Part shown: piece after piece, positions 12,701-22,580 of the stretch
Layout: each line of letters opens with the position of its first letter
How positions within the stretch are numbered: position 1 is the stretch's first letter
DNA from: Syntrophales bacterium
GTDB lineage: Bacteria; Desulfobacterota; Syntrophia; Syntrophales; UBA2210
Direction: 5' to 3'
Assembly (NCBI GenBank): GCA_963662405.2
Contig: CAXXKT010000001.1
Location: 2,528,001 to 2,592,000, forward strand
Length of the DNA stretch: 64,000 bases
Position numbers and translations under genes: made by a program
The notes under the pieces: generated by a model
What the model was told of the DNA's origin: nothing
Database searches by the model: none
The model's input: only the letters and a program-made list of their open reading frames with translations

Positions 12701-12881
12701 CTGTTGCCCTGCATCCCGAACTGTCTCGATGGGGCCCCTCAGGATGATGGAATTACCCACCAGACCATCTCATATTTATTGACAGAACACTGCAACAGGG
12801 TTAATTTATCACAAGATTCCTGACCAGTTTGCACTCATCTGTTTTTTTCAGCAACTGCACCCGCAGATGGGGTATCGTATA

Positions 12882-12935
12882 ATCATCTTTGCTCCGTTTC
12901 CTCAAAACGAGAGGTGGAGTTTTTGTTTTTGATGG
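12882..12935 (+). repeat. Leader hairpin element, copy 2
   Basis: ATCATC-TTTGCTCCGTTTCCTC-AAAAC-GAGAGGTGGAGTTTTT-GTTTTTGATGG; TTGACA-17-TAATTT promoter upstream at about 12779. Confidence 0.65.
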
Positions 12936-13004
12936 ATTGTTTCAATGAGAGAGACACGGATGGTCCCGGTCTTGCACCCTCATCTCAATAGAGGAGACAA
13001 TCTT

Positions 13005-14363
13005 ATGAAGGATCAATCCAAGACAGATAAGAGGCTGGTTCCCCCCCACAAGAAAGTTCCGAAGCAAAAGCAGACGGAGCCAAAAGACCCACAGATAGAA
13101 AAGGCAGGCAGGGAGAACATCGCGCTCCGGGATATTCTTCTGGCAAACCTTCCTGCGGGAATCGTCATTATCGATCCGGTGACCAGGATAATCGAAAGTG
13201 TGAACAAAGCGGCTGCGGACATGTTTGGTGTTCAGGACGAGTATATCCTTGGACACAAGTGCCACGAGTTTCTCTGCCCTGAGACGGATGGTGCCTGCCC
13301 CGTATGTGATCGGGGGCTGATAATTGAAAACGCGGAACGGGAAATGGTCTGTGTCGATGGAAGCAGGCTTCCCATCCTCAAATCCGTCAAACGGGTACCC
13401 ATAAGCGGTCGGGAAAAATTGCTGGAGTGTTTTCTTGATATCCACACCCTGAAGCTGGCGGAAAAGAAACTCAAGGAAAGCGAGTCGCGGCTGCGCGCTA
13501 TCAGCGATTCCGCTCAGGACGCTATCCTGATGATGGACCCCAAAGGGCGTATATCCTATTGGAATCCGGCTGCTACCACTATTTTCGGTTATACGGAGAC
13601 CGAAGCCGTCGGTCAGGACCTGCACCGCCTGATTGCCCCGCCGCGGTATCATGAAGCGCACTATGCCGCTTTCCCGTTATTCCAACGGGAAGGGCGGGGA
13701 ACAGCAGTGGGGGAAACACTCGACCTGGAGGCAATGAGAAAAGACGGAAAGGAGATTGCGGTGCAGCTGTCGCTTTCGTCGGTCCATATGGAAGGGGCGT
13801 GGCATGCCGTCGGAATCATCCGCGATGTAACGGAACGTAAAGAGGCGGAAGAAAAGATCCGTCAGATGGCCTATTATGACGCCTTGACCGGTCTTCCCAA
13901 CAGGACACTGTTCTCTGATCGCTTGAACACTGCGCTGGCCCGGGCCCGGAGAGATAAAACAATGGTAGGGGTTGCCATGCTCGACCTCGACAAATTCAAA
14001 GACGTCAATGACACGCTCGGCCATGATCTCGGAGATCTTCTCCTCAAGGCGACGGCACAGCGACTCAGCGCAGCCCTCAGAAAGAGTGATACCGTCGCAC
14101 GGTTCGGCGGTGACGAGTTTGTCCTGATTCTCCCCGACCTGTCAGAGGTAGCAACCGCGACAGCGGTCGTCCAGAGGATCATTGACGGCTTTCGCGAGCC
14201 CTTTGTTGTGGACACCCACACCCTTGCCGTGACGACCAGCATCGGCGTTGCGATCTATCCCGTCGATGGAACGGATAAAAATCTCCTTCTCAAAAATGCC
14301 GATATCGCCATGTACAAGGCAAAACAGGCAGGCCGAAACCGATACCGGTTTTTTACCTCGTGA
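13005..14363 (+). CDS. PAS-PAS-GGDEF diguanylate cyclase
   Basis: Two PAS domains, DALTGLPNR, RFGGDEF; start moved to ATG 13005 after GAGGAG RBS. Confidence 0.92.
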   Translation: MKDQSKTDKRLVPPHKKVPKQKQTEPKDPQIEKAGRENIALRDILLANLPAGIVIIDPVTRIIESVNKAAADMFGVQDEYILGHKCHEFLCPETDGACPVCDRGLIIENAEREMVCVDGSRLPILKSVKRVPISGREKLLECFLDIHTLKLAEKKLKESESRLRAISDSAQDAILMMDPKGRISYWNPAATTIFGYTETEAVGQDLHRLIAPPRYHEAHYAAFPLFQREGRGTAVGETLDLEAMRKDGKEIAVQLSLSSVHMEGAWHAVGIIRDVTERKEAEEKIRQMAYYDALTGLPNRTLFSDRLNTALARARRDKTMVGVAMLDLDKFKDVNDTLGHDLGDLLLKATAQRLSAALRKSDTVARFGGDEFVLILPDLSEVATATAVVQRIIDGFREPFVVDTHTLAVTTSIGVAIYPVDGTDKNLLLKNADIAMYKAKQAGRNRYRFFTS

Positions 14364-14457
14364 AGGGACAAATTCATGGTGCTGGAAAAAAGAACGGCTT
14401 GACCATCCGGGATATCATGTATATTTTTTCTCCATAACAGCAATGGAAAGGGATGTG

Positions 14458-15321
14458 ATGAGCTGGATAACTATCGATGAAACAAGGTGTAACCTGTGTG
14501 GCCTCTGCGTGGTGCGGTGTCCCTCCGTTTTCACAAAGGTGGACGGCCGGATCGTGGCGCAGGCGGATGAGGAAAACTGCAACGGCGGTGGACATTGCAT
14601 ATCGCTGTGCGAAGGCGGGGCCATCGTCCACAGCGAGCTGGACATGACCAACTTTCCGCCCGCTTTCGAGGACGCCAATTTCGAGACGGAACAATTCGTC
14701 CGGTTCATACGGAACAGGCGAAGTCATCGCCATTTCAAAAGGAAGCCCATCCCCCGGCCTGATCTCGAAACCCTGATCGATGCGGTACGCTATGCGCCCA
14801 CGGGAGGTAACGCCCAGGCCGTCGAGATCATCGTCGTGGAAAACAAGGACACGATGAAGAGGCTCTCCGACGATACCGTCGACTTTTTCATCAACGCGGG
14901 CAATAAGGCCCGGGAGCTCATCGCGCAGCTCACCACGGAGGGGAAAGAAGCGCCGGAAAGCCTCGTTCGAACCCGCCGCTACGGGAGGCGATTTAAGGAG
15001 GCACGCGACGCGGGACTGGACCCTATCTTCCATGCTGCCCCGGCGGTCCTGATCTTTCATGGACCTCGGGAAAAGGTCTCGACCAAAGATGACTGTGTGA
15101 TCGCTTCTACCACCCTGAGCCTCCTGGCACGGACCATGGGTATCGAGTCCACCTACCTCGGCCTCCTGGTCATCGCGGCAGGAGAGACCCGGAGCATACG
15201 TTCGGAACTCCGGCTTCCCCCCGGAAACGATATCCTGTCGGTGCTGATCATGGGATATCCCCGACTCACCTATCGTTACAATGTGGATCGAAGGCCGATT
15301 CAGACGCGCTGGATACCGTAA
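14458..15321 (+). CDS. Nitroreductase family protein with N-terminal ferredoxin domain
   Basis: CNLCGLCVVRCP and CNGGGHCISLC, RRSHRHF, APTGGNAQ; start at MSWITIDE. Confidence 0.88.
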   Translation: MSWITIDETRCNLCGLCVVRCPSVFTKVDGRIVAQADEENCNGGGHCISLCEGGAIVHSELDMTNFPPAFEDANFETEQFVRFIRNRRSHRHFKRKPIPRPDLETLIDAVRYAPTGGNAQAVEIIVVENKDTMKRLSDDTVDFFINAGNKARELIAQLTTEGKEAPESLVRTRRYGRRFKEARDAGLDPIFHAAPAVLIFHGPREKVSTKDDCVIASTTLSLLARTMGIESTYLGLLVIAAGETRSIRSELRLPPGNDILSVLIMGYPRLTYRYNVDRRPIQTRWIP

Positions 15322-15367
15322 GGGGGAACTTGAGGCCGGCCGGAAGATCGATTTGAAAACTCGAAAG

Positions 15368-15449
15368 TTTTCGGGAATAATAGGGGAATAATAGGGACAG
15401 CGCCCATTTTCGGAATAATAGGGAATAATAGGGACAGCGCCCATTTTCG
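15368..15449 (+). repeat. Tandem duplication of about 40 bp containing (GGAATAATAG)2 and GGGACAGCGCCC
   Basis: TTTTCGG(G)AATAATAGGG(G)AATAATAGGGACAGCGCCCA present twice. Confidence 0.85.
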
Positions 15450-15509
15450 TCAAATCAGAGAAATGAGGGACGTTCCCTTGGTCTTTCAGTCATAAAGGTT
15501 GAATCTGAA

Positions 15510-15764
15510 TCAGTAGCGGTATCTAAGTTGAGCGATATGAATTGCATCTTCGGTAGCTTTACAGACGAACCTGTGTTCGTCTCTAATTCGCTTGGACCAG
15601 TAGCTGGAAAGGGCGTGCTTTAAGGACTCAGGTTTGCCGATACCTTCGAAAGGGGTGCGTTTTGTTTCCTCGATGAGGGTGTTGATGCGGCGAAGGATTG
15701 TTTTGTTGGTCTTTTGCCAGTAGAGGTAATCGTCCCAGGCGTGGTCGGAGAAGATGAGTTTCAC
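15510..15764 (-). CDS. yoeB: Txe/YoeB family toxin
   Basis: AWDDYLYWQ, PFEGIGKPESLKH, YWSKRI, LRYRY. Confidence 0.93.
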   Translation of the reverse strand: MKLIFSDHAWDDYLYWQKTNKTILRRINTLIEETKRTPFEGIGKPESLKHALSSYWSKRIRDEHRFVCKATEDAIHIAQLRYRY

Positions 15765-16012
15765 TCCATGAGATCCTTTTCGGTCCCCCGGCCGTTTTCG
15801 AGCTGGGCTATGGATTCGATCAGCCGTCTCATGTTTTCCGGTGACCGCAGCAGATAGGCCGTCTCTTCGAGGGCCTCATAGTCCTCGAGAGACATGATAA
15901 CGACCGATTCTGAGGATTTCCGCGTGACAATCACCGGGTCCAGGTCTCTGCAAACCTTCTCCATTGTTTTCGCAAGATTTTGCCTTGCTGCCGTATAGGT
16001 TATCGTTTGCAT
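15761..16012 (-). CDS. yefM: YefM/Phd antitoxin
   Basis: TYTAARQNLAKTM, LEETAYLLRSPEN; overlaps toxin start by 4 nt. Confidence 0.93.
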   Translation of the reverse strand: MQTITYTAARQNLAKTMEKVCRDLDPVIVTRKSSESVVIMSLEDYEALEETAYLLRSPENMRRLIESIAQLENGRGTEKDLME

Positions 16013-16201
16013 TTCGGCACCTCCCGTACAGCATGTCGCACATATTGTGGACGGGTTGTCAATGTGATTTTACACGTGATTTTACAGGAAAGCGGGGCAG
16101 GGCGGCCATGCTGAATAATTAGTAATGGACGTAGGAGATCATCACCTCCCACGTCCATGAACATGTCCAGGAACCTTTTAAATCCGTGTGTGTCAGATTG
16201 C

Positions 16202-17878
16202 TCAGGCCCTCTGCCGTCGGAGCCGCCGGAACGTGATCCCGGCCAGCAGGCCCATGAAGACGATCATGCCCCATTCCGACAGGGTAGGGATGGACGCAGG
16301 CGCGGCAGGCAATTCACCCTCAAACGCCCCGATATCACAACGAGATCCCACCGGCCGGGCCACGCCGCGCTGGTCGGTGGCCAGACACGAGCCGGGGTTG
16401 GCCGCATCGATGGCCGGGCTGCCGGTGATCAGGGCACACGTGCGGGTAGGGCCTCCGTTGTCCTGCAGCGGGCCGAGATTCGGATCGGCGCCGGTAATAT
16501 TATTGGTCGTTGTTCCGGCAAAAGTGCAGCCGGTTGTGTCCTGAATGAGATTGTAGTCCTGCGAAGTCAATACGGCGGTATTGTAGGTGTAACAATCCGC
16601 GCCCCCGCCGCTGAGGTCGCTGTTTTGGGCGATGATCGTGTTCCCAACCTGAATAATAGTGCCCCAGTCTGATACAAAGAGTCCACCGCCGTTACCCGTA
16701 CCGTTGTTATCGCTGTCGGCCGTATTACCGGTGATGGTCACGTAATTCAGGGCCATGGTCCAATCACGGAAATAAATACCACCACCATCGGTAGCCGTAC
16801 TGTTCCCGGAGAAGGTGCTATTGGCTATGGAGGCCCCCTCGTTGATATGATAAAGGCCACCGCCACCGTTTCCATTGATCCCTGTTGCGGCGTTCCCGGA
16901 GAAGGTGCTGCCGGTGATGTTCAAAATGCCATTGCTGCTAATACCGCCGCCGCATCCATACTGGCCGGTGGCCTGGTTGCCGGAAAAGGTGCTGTCCGTC
17001 ACGATGAGCGTAACTATCCCGCCATCCGCACCGGTAGCAATGCCGCCGCCTTCATAGCCGCTGTTGCCGGCAAAGGTACTGCCGCTTACCGTGATCGTAC
17101 CATCACCGGCAAACAACCCGCCCCCGCCGTAGCCGTTGGCGCACGTATTGTTAGAACACGTGCTGTTAGTAATGCCAACAGTGCCGTAGGTTGCGATGCC
17201 GCCGCCGGCTGGCGAAGTACCGGTCGCCGTGTTTTGACTGAGGGCGCAATCGGTGATGGTGAGCTGGCCGCCGGTCGCATTGTAGATCCCACCGCCTCTG
17301 CCAACACCGGAAGAGTATGTTACGGTGTTGAGGGTGACGGTGTCGTTGTTCAGGATCAGCGTATCGCCGTTGTTGTGGATGCCGCCGCCATTTTCACCGG
17401 TGACGGCGCCGTTGCGAATAGTGACGTCAGAGATATTGACCGTAATACCGCCGGTTCCGGCAGGGTCAAGGTGAAAGATCCGGTCTATGCCGCCGCCGTC
17501 AATAATGGTGCTTCCCGCGCCGGCGCCGGCGATGGTCAGATCGCCGCCGGCCGCCAGGACGTCCAGATCGCCCGTTGCGTTGGCGTTTTCACCGGACCCG
17601 GCAACGGTCAGGGTATAGGTGCCGGCTGGTATGTTGATGGTATCGGCACCGGCGTTGGCATTGGCACTGTCAACCGCCCCGCGCAGGCTGCAATCGTTCG
17701 GAGCGGCCGTGCAGGCGGTGCACAACGGGTCGTCAGCGTTCGTGTCAACATCAAAAAATAAAGCGTAGACTGCTGTGGATGGGGTGGCGACATTCACCAG
17801 TACTGCCAGGAGCGCGGCAGCAACAACTGAACGAAACCGGGGAGTGAGATTGTGCCGGAGGGAAGCGCTTTGGCCCAT
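16202..17878 (-). CDS. Secreted CSLREA-domain / beta-helix (choice-of-anchor Q-like) protein with IPTL-CTERM sorting signal
   Basis: Signal peptide, DCSLRGAV, repeated GGGI/FSGN units, DQRG..R....CDIGAFE, C-terminal IPTLSEWGMIVF-TM-RRLRR. Confidence 0.85.
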   Translation of the reverse strand: MGQSASLRHNLTPRFRSVVAAALLAVLVNVATPSTAVYALFFDVDTNADDPLCTACTAAPNDCSLRGAVDSANANAGADTINIPAGTYTLTVAGSGENANATGDLDVLAAGGDLTIAGAGAGSTIIDGGGIDRIFHLDPAGTGGITVNISDVTIRNGAVTGENGGGIHNNGDTLILNNDTVTLNTVTYSSGVGRGGGIYNATGGQLTITDCALSQNTATGTSPAGGGIATYGTVGITNSTCSNNTCANGYGGGGLFAGDGTITVSGSTFAGNSGYEGGGIATGADGGIVTLIVTDSTFSGNQATGQYGCGGGISSNGILNITGSTFSGNAATGINGNGGGGLYHINEGASIANSTFSGNSTATDGGGIYFRDWTMALNYVTITGNTADSDNNGTGNGGGLFVSDWGTIIQVGNTIIAQNSDLSGGGADCYTYNTAVLTSQDYNLIQDTTGCTFAGTTTNNITGADPNLGPLQDNGGPTRTCALITGSPAIDAANPGSCLATDQRGVARPVGSRCDIGAFEGELPAAPASIPTLSEWGMIVFMGLLAGITFRRLRRQRA

Positions 17879-18161
17879 GCGGTATGTACCTCCTGTCAAT
17901 TATATATAATACTGAATATGTGAGATTAAGAATGTCGGTTCACTACGGGTGGTTCGGAAATAATTGATCTTTTCCCGAAAAGCAAACCTTCCGGTACGTT
18001 ACTAGGCAGCGGCTGTTAAGTCAAGAAAAACATGCCCAGGGTTGAATATTTTCTGATCCGATAGTGGGATGGGAATACCTCGGGAAATCAGGAAAACGGG
18101 GGACGCTTTCCACATTGTAGGTGGGGGAAACCGCAGTCTCCCCCATCGATGAACATGCCTG

Positions 18162-18727
18162 TTATGCCTGCACCATGGCACCGTTCCTCTTTTTTGCCTG
18201 CGCCATCACCGCGATGCCCGCGAGAGCGGCGATTACACACAGAACGATATACAAGGCGAATGCCATGTGGTAGCTCTTCGTGTAGTCATAGATCAACCCG
18301 GAGAGGGGCACGCCCACGGCGGTCCCCAGCGTCGTGAAGATGTTCAGGAAGCCGTAGATGACGGCGAAGTGCTTCTGCCCCAGGACGCGGGCGGTCATGA
18401 GCGACGGGAGGACGGTCCGGACGGCGATGGAGAAGCCGAAGAGGACGTTGAAGACAATCGCCACCCACAGGAGCTGTGAGCCGTACAGGAGGGCGATGGA
18501 GATCATCAGGCCGATCATGCAGACGAGGTAGCTCTTCAGGAGTCCCAACCGGTCGGCGTGGCCCCCCACCAGGACCTTCCCCACAATGAAGCATGGTCAT
18601 GTGCAGTGACATGAGCGTTGCCGCCAGTGTGGAGGAGAACCCTATGTCGGTGAGGTAGGGGACGATGTGGTGAAGGACACCCATGTTGGCGGTGGCGATC
18701 AGGAGGATGATGGCGGCCAAGAGCCAG
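18162..18727 (-). pseudogene. MFS transporter C-terminal remnant (frameshifted, 5'-truncated)
   Basis: Hydrophobic MFS sequence (GHADRLG, GLIYDYTKSY) split over ORFs 18286-18720 and 18162-18584 by a +1 shift near 18589; N-terminal half absent. Confidence 0.85.
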
Positions 18728-18835
18728 GGGGAAATCTGGGGACATCTTACCTATTTCTATCGAAAGCTATTCGTGTCTGACGACTCCAATACTTCTGACT
18801 CTATAATCCGGACCGGATAAATCTTCTTCAACATA

Positions 18836-18871
18836 GTGCCACTCCCCCGACTCCTGCCGGGGGAGTGGCAC
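18836..18871 (-). terminator. Strong hairpin downstream of nifJ
   Basis: GTGCCACTCCCCCG-8 nt-CGGGGGAGTGGCAC perfect 14-bp stem; weak U-tract. Confidence 0.6.
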
Positions 18872-18882
18872 CGCTCTAAAGG

Positions 18883-21800
18883 CTATAGACTCGCAAGCCT
18901 TTTGTACCCCTCGAATCTCTCTTTCGCCTCCTCTTCGGCCATCTGATAGACCTGATCGGCCACGTCGGGGAAGAGTCGTTTCAGGCTGGAGTACCGGACC
19001 TCGCCCTTGATGAATTCCTGGAAATCTCCTTTGATATCAGTCGAATCCAGCTGGAAGGGATTTTTGCCTTCCGCCCTGAGGAGCGGATTATAGCGATAGA
19101 GCGGCCAGTATCCGGCCTCGACGGCCTTTTTCTCTTCCTCCTGGCTTTTCCCCATATCGATGCCGTGGTTGATGCAGGGCGAGTAGGCGATGATCAGGGA
19201 AGGGCCGGGATAGTTTTCGGCCTCGATTGCCGCCTTCAGGAACTGCGACTTGCTCGCCCCCATCGCCACGGACGCGACATAGACGTATCCGTACACCATG
19301 GCCATGCGGCCGAGATCTTTCTTGCGGACCGGCTTCCCCTTGGCGGCGAATTTCGCGACCGCCCCCATCTGGGTCGCCTTCGATGCCTGTCCTCCCGTGT
19401 TCGAGTAGACTTCGGTATCCAGCACCAGTATGTTGAGGTCATGATTCTCGGCAATCACATGGTCCAGTCCCCCGTATCCGATGTCATACGCCCAGCCGTC
19501 GCCGCCGATGGCCCAGATCGATTTTTTGACGATCAGATCTTTCAGCCTCAGTATGTTATTCAGCGTGTCCTTCTTCGCCCCCACCGATCGCAGGATCTCG
19601 GTTGAAAGGGCCCCTTCGATCCGGAATCTCAGATCACTGGTCACATCCGGATCGTTCATATGATCGAGCCACGATTGCAACAGGCCCTTGAGTTCCGTTG
19701 AGATATTCTGCCCGACGGCCTCTCTGATATGCATGGCCAGTTTCTCACGCCTCCCTGAAATACCCGCCTCAATACCCAGGACGAACTCCGCGTTGTCTTC
19801 GAAGAGCGAATTGGCCCACGCCGGTCCGTGTCCGTACTCGTTGACGGTATAGGGACAAATCGGTGCAGAAGCACCGTAGATGGAAGAGCAGCCCGTCGCG
19901 TTGCCGATGATCATCCGGTCGCCGAAGAGCTGCGTGATGACCTTGATGTACGGGGTCTCGCCGCAACCGGGGCAGGCACCGGAGAACTCGAAAAGGGGTT
20001 GGCGAAACTGACTCCCCTTGACCGTGTGTTTCGCCATCAGATCGTTCCTGACGGGGACGGTCAGCGAGAATTGATGATTCGGCACCTGCGCCCCGCTCTG
20101 GGTGCTCAGCCGTTTCATGACGAGCGATTTTTCTTTTGAAGGGCAGACCTCCGCGCAGCTCCCGCACCCGAGACAGTCCCGGGGACTTATCTGGATCCGG
20201 AACCGGAGGCCTTTCAGCTCCTTTCCCTTGGCTTCGAGGGTTGCGAAAGATCCCGGGGCCGTTGCCAGTTCTTCCTCCGACACCAGTACCGGCCGTATGG
20301 CGGCATGGGGACAGACAAAGGCGCACTGATTGCACTGGATGCAGTGTTCCGGGATCCACTCCGGCACGTTGATCGCGACCCCGCGTTTTTCATACTGGGA
20401 GGTCGCCGTGGGAAAGATCCCGTCGGGGGGGAGGGCGCTTACCGGGACCTGTTCCCCCCGTTGCAGGGTCATGGGGAGCATGACCGAGTTGACGAATTCG
20501 GAGACATTGTCCAGGGGGTATTCGCTGCGTTGCACCCTGGCCCATGATTCGGGCACCTCGATGACCTCGATGGACCCCAGCGCCTCATCGACGGCGCGTA
20601 TGTTCATATCGACGACCTGGTCGCCTTTCTTGCAGTATGCCTTCCGGATAGCCTCTTTCAGATATCGGATGGCATCATTGGGGGGGATCACATTTGCTAT
20701 CTTGAAGAAGGCGGCCTGCATGATCATGTTGATCCGTCTGCCCAGACCGACCTTGTCCGCGATCCTGAACGCGTCGATATTGTAGAAATGCAGATGTTTC
20801 TCCGCGATGATGTTCCGCAGACCGACGGGCAGCTCCTTCTCCATCTCCTCGACCGTCCACGGGGAGTTCAGCAGGAAGCTGCCCCCCTCGACGATCCCTT
20901 CGAGGAGATCGAACTGGGTGACATACGCCGGGACATGACAGGCGATAAAGTCGGCGTGTTTGATCAGGTAGTGCGACAGGATCCGGTTCGGGGAGAAACG
21001 GAGATGGGAGACGGTGACGCCCCCGGATTTTTTGGCGTCGTACGCGAAATAGGCCTGGGTGAACATGTCGGTCTTTTCCCCGATGATCTTGATGGCCTCC
21101 GTGTTGGCGCCGACGGTTCCGTCCGAGCCGAGCCCCCAGAATTTGCACTGGGTTGTCCCGGGGGGCGAGGCGGAGAATTCCTCCCCGACTTCGAGCGACG
21201 AGTTGCTCACGTCGTCGTTGATCCCCACCGTGAAGGATCGTTTCGGCTCCCACTGATCGAGGTTTTCGTAGACCGCCTTGACCATGGCGGGGGTAAAATC
21301 CTTGCTCCCGAGGCCGTATCGTCCGCCCACGACCAGCTGCCCGAAGCCGCCCTCGTTGATGGCGGTACTGACGTCCTGATACAGGGGCTCGCCGATGGTC
21401 AGGGGGGTCTTGATCCGGTCCAGGACCGCGATCTTCTTGACCGATCTGGGGAGGACCTTGAAGAAGTGCTCCCGGGAGAAGGGGAGGTACAGTCTGACCT
21501 TGATGAGGCCTAGACGGGCCCCTCGCTCGTTGAGATAGTTGATGGTTCCCTCGACGACGTCGCAGCTTGATCCCATGGACACGATGATCTTGTCCGCCTC
21601 GGGATGACCGACGTAATCGAAGAGATGGTAGGGCCTTCCGGTCAGCTGGCTCACCTTTCGCATCTCCTCCTCGATGATCGAGGGGAGCCGTGCGAAATAG
21701 GGGGAGCATGCCTCGCGGTTTTGAAAGTAGATGTCCGAGATCTGCGATGTGCCGCGGGCCTGCGGATGTTCGGGGTTCATCGCCTTTTCTCTGAAGCGTT

Positions 21801-22401
21801 CGATGGCGTACCAGTCGATCAGCTTGGCCATATCCGGGTAGTCGATCAGCTCGACCTTCTGAACCACCATGGAGGTTCGGAAACCGTCGAAACAGTGGAC
21901 GAAGGGGAGACTGGCCTTGATGCTCGCGAGATGAGCGACGAGACCGATATCCATGACCTCCTGGGGGGAAGCCGATGAGAGCAGGGAGAATCCGGTCTGA
22001 CGGACCGCGTTGATGTCGGAATGATCGCCGAATATGCAGAGGGCGTGGCCGGCAACGGACCGTGCCGCCACATGGAAGACCGTCGGGAGCAGTTCACCTG
22101 CTATCTTGTACATCTCGGGTATCATGAGCAGAAGGCCCTGGGATGCGGTATATGTCGTGGACAGCGCCCCTGCCGCGAGTGCCCCGTGTACGGTGGCGGC
22201 CGCACCGGCCTCGGATTGCATCTCGACGATGTCGAGTACCTGACCGAAGAGGTTCTTCCTGCCGCGGGCGGCCCATTCGCTGCAGTACTCCCCGATCGTA
22301 CTCGATGGGGTAATCGGGTATAATGCCGCGACTTCACTCATCGCATACGAGACGTACGCCGCGATCTCATTTCCTTCCAGGGTCCTGTTACATCCAGCCA
22401 T
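18883..22401 (-). CDS. nifJ: Pyruvate:ferredoxin (flavodoxin) oxidoreductase, homodimeric NifJ type; possibly altered specificity
   Basis: YPITPSS, EMQSEAGAA, two CxxCxxCxxxCP, GACPGCGE, GGDGWAYDIG, YSNTGGQ. Confidence 0.93.
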   Translation of the reverse strand: MAGCNRTLEGNEIAAYVSYAMSEVAALYPITPSSTIGEYCSEWAARGRKNLFGQVLDIVEMQSEAGAAATVHGALAAGALSTTYTASQGLLLMIPEMYKIAGELLPTVFHVAARSVAGHALCIFGDHSDINAVRQTGFSLLSSASPQEVMDIGLVAHLASIKASLPFVHCFDGFRTSMVVQKVELIDYPDMAKLIDWYAIERFREKAMNPEHPQARGTSQISDIYFQNREACSPYFARLPSIIEEEMRKVSQLTGRPYHLFDYVGHPEADKIIVSMGSSCDVVEGTINYLNERGARLGLIKVRLYLPFSREHFFKVLPRSVKKIAVLDRIKTPLTIGEPLYQDVSTAINEGGFGQLVVGGRYGLGSKDFTPAMVKAVYENLDQWEPKRSFTVGINDDVSNSSLEVGEEFSASPPGTTQCKFWGLGSDGTVGANTEAIKIIGEKTDMFTQAYFAYDAKKSGGVTVSHLRFSPNRILSHYLIKHADFIACHVPAYVTQFDLLEGIVEGGSFLLNSPWTVEEMEKELPVGLRNIIAEKHLHFYNIDAFRIADKVGLGRRINMIMQAAFFKIANVIPPNDAIRYLKEAIRKAYCKKGDQVVDMNIRAVDEALGSIEVIEVPESWARVQRSEYPLDNVSEFVNSVMLPMTLQRGEQVPVSALPPDGIFPTATSQYEKRGVAINVPEWIPEHCIQCNQCAFVCPHAAIRPVLVSEEELATAPGSFATLEAKGKELKGLRFRIQISPRDCLGCGSCAEVCPSKEKSLVMKRLSTQSGAQVPNHQFSLTVPVRNDLMAKHTVKGSQFRQPLFEFSGACPGCGETPYIKVITQLFGDRMIIGNATGCSSIYGASAPICPYTVNEYGHGPAWANSLFEDNAEFVLGIEAGISGRREKLAMHIREAVGQNISTELKGLLQSWLDHMNDPDVTSDLRFRIEGALSTEILRSVGAKKDTLNNILRLKDLIVKKSIWAIGGDGWAYDIGYGGLDHVIAENHDLNILVLDTEVYSNTGGQASKATQMGAVAKFAAKGKPVRKKDLGRMAMVYGYVYVASVAMGASKSQFLKAAIEAENYPGPSLIIAYSPCINHGIDMGKSQEEEKKAVEAGYWPLYRYNPLLRAEGKNPFQLDSTDIKGDFQEFIKGEVRYSSLKRLFPDVADQVYQMAEEEAKERFEGYKRLASL

Positions 22402-22580
22402 TTTCTTTCTCCTTTTCGCCTCAACCGCAATCCAGTCAAGAACATCGTAGTCGTTATGTCGGTTACTTCAAAGAGCGCTCGCGCTGTTCGATCCGGTATC
22501 ATCAAGGAATCCTGTCCTGATCCCTTGCCTTTCACTTCTCATTTTTTTCTTTATCCACCCCACGGGGAGGTGTCCCAAAT

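Noticed and set aside
15368..15449. Possible mini-CRISPR array
   Set aside because: Only two adjacent copies with no unique spacers, and no cas genes in the window
16064..16086. GTGATTTTACA direct repeat upstream of yefM
   Set aside because: Only two 11-bp copies; may be a TA operator or a slippage duplication, too little to call
16847..17761. 304-aa plus-strand ORF and other long antisense ORFs (e.g. 815-1738, 14374-15453, 26988-28205, 37438-38556)
   Set aside because: They are shadows of well-supported genes on the opposite strand in GC-rich DNA and have no motifs
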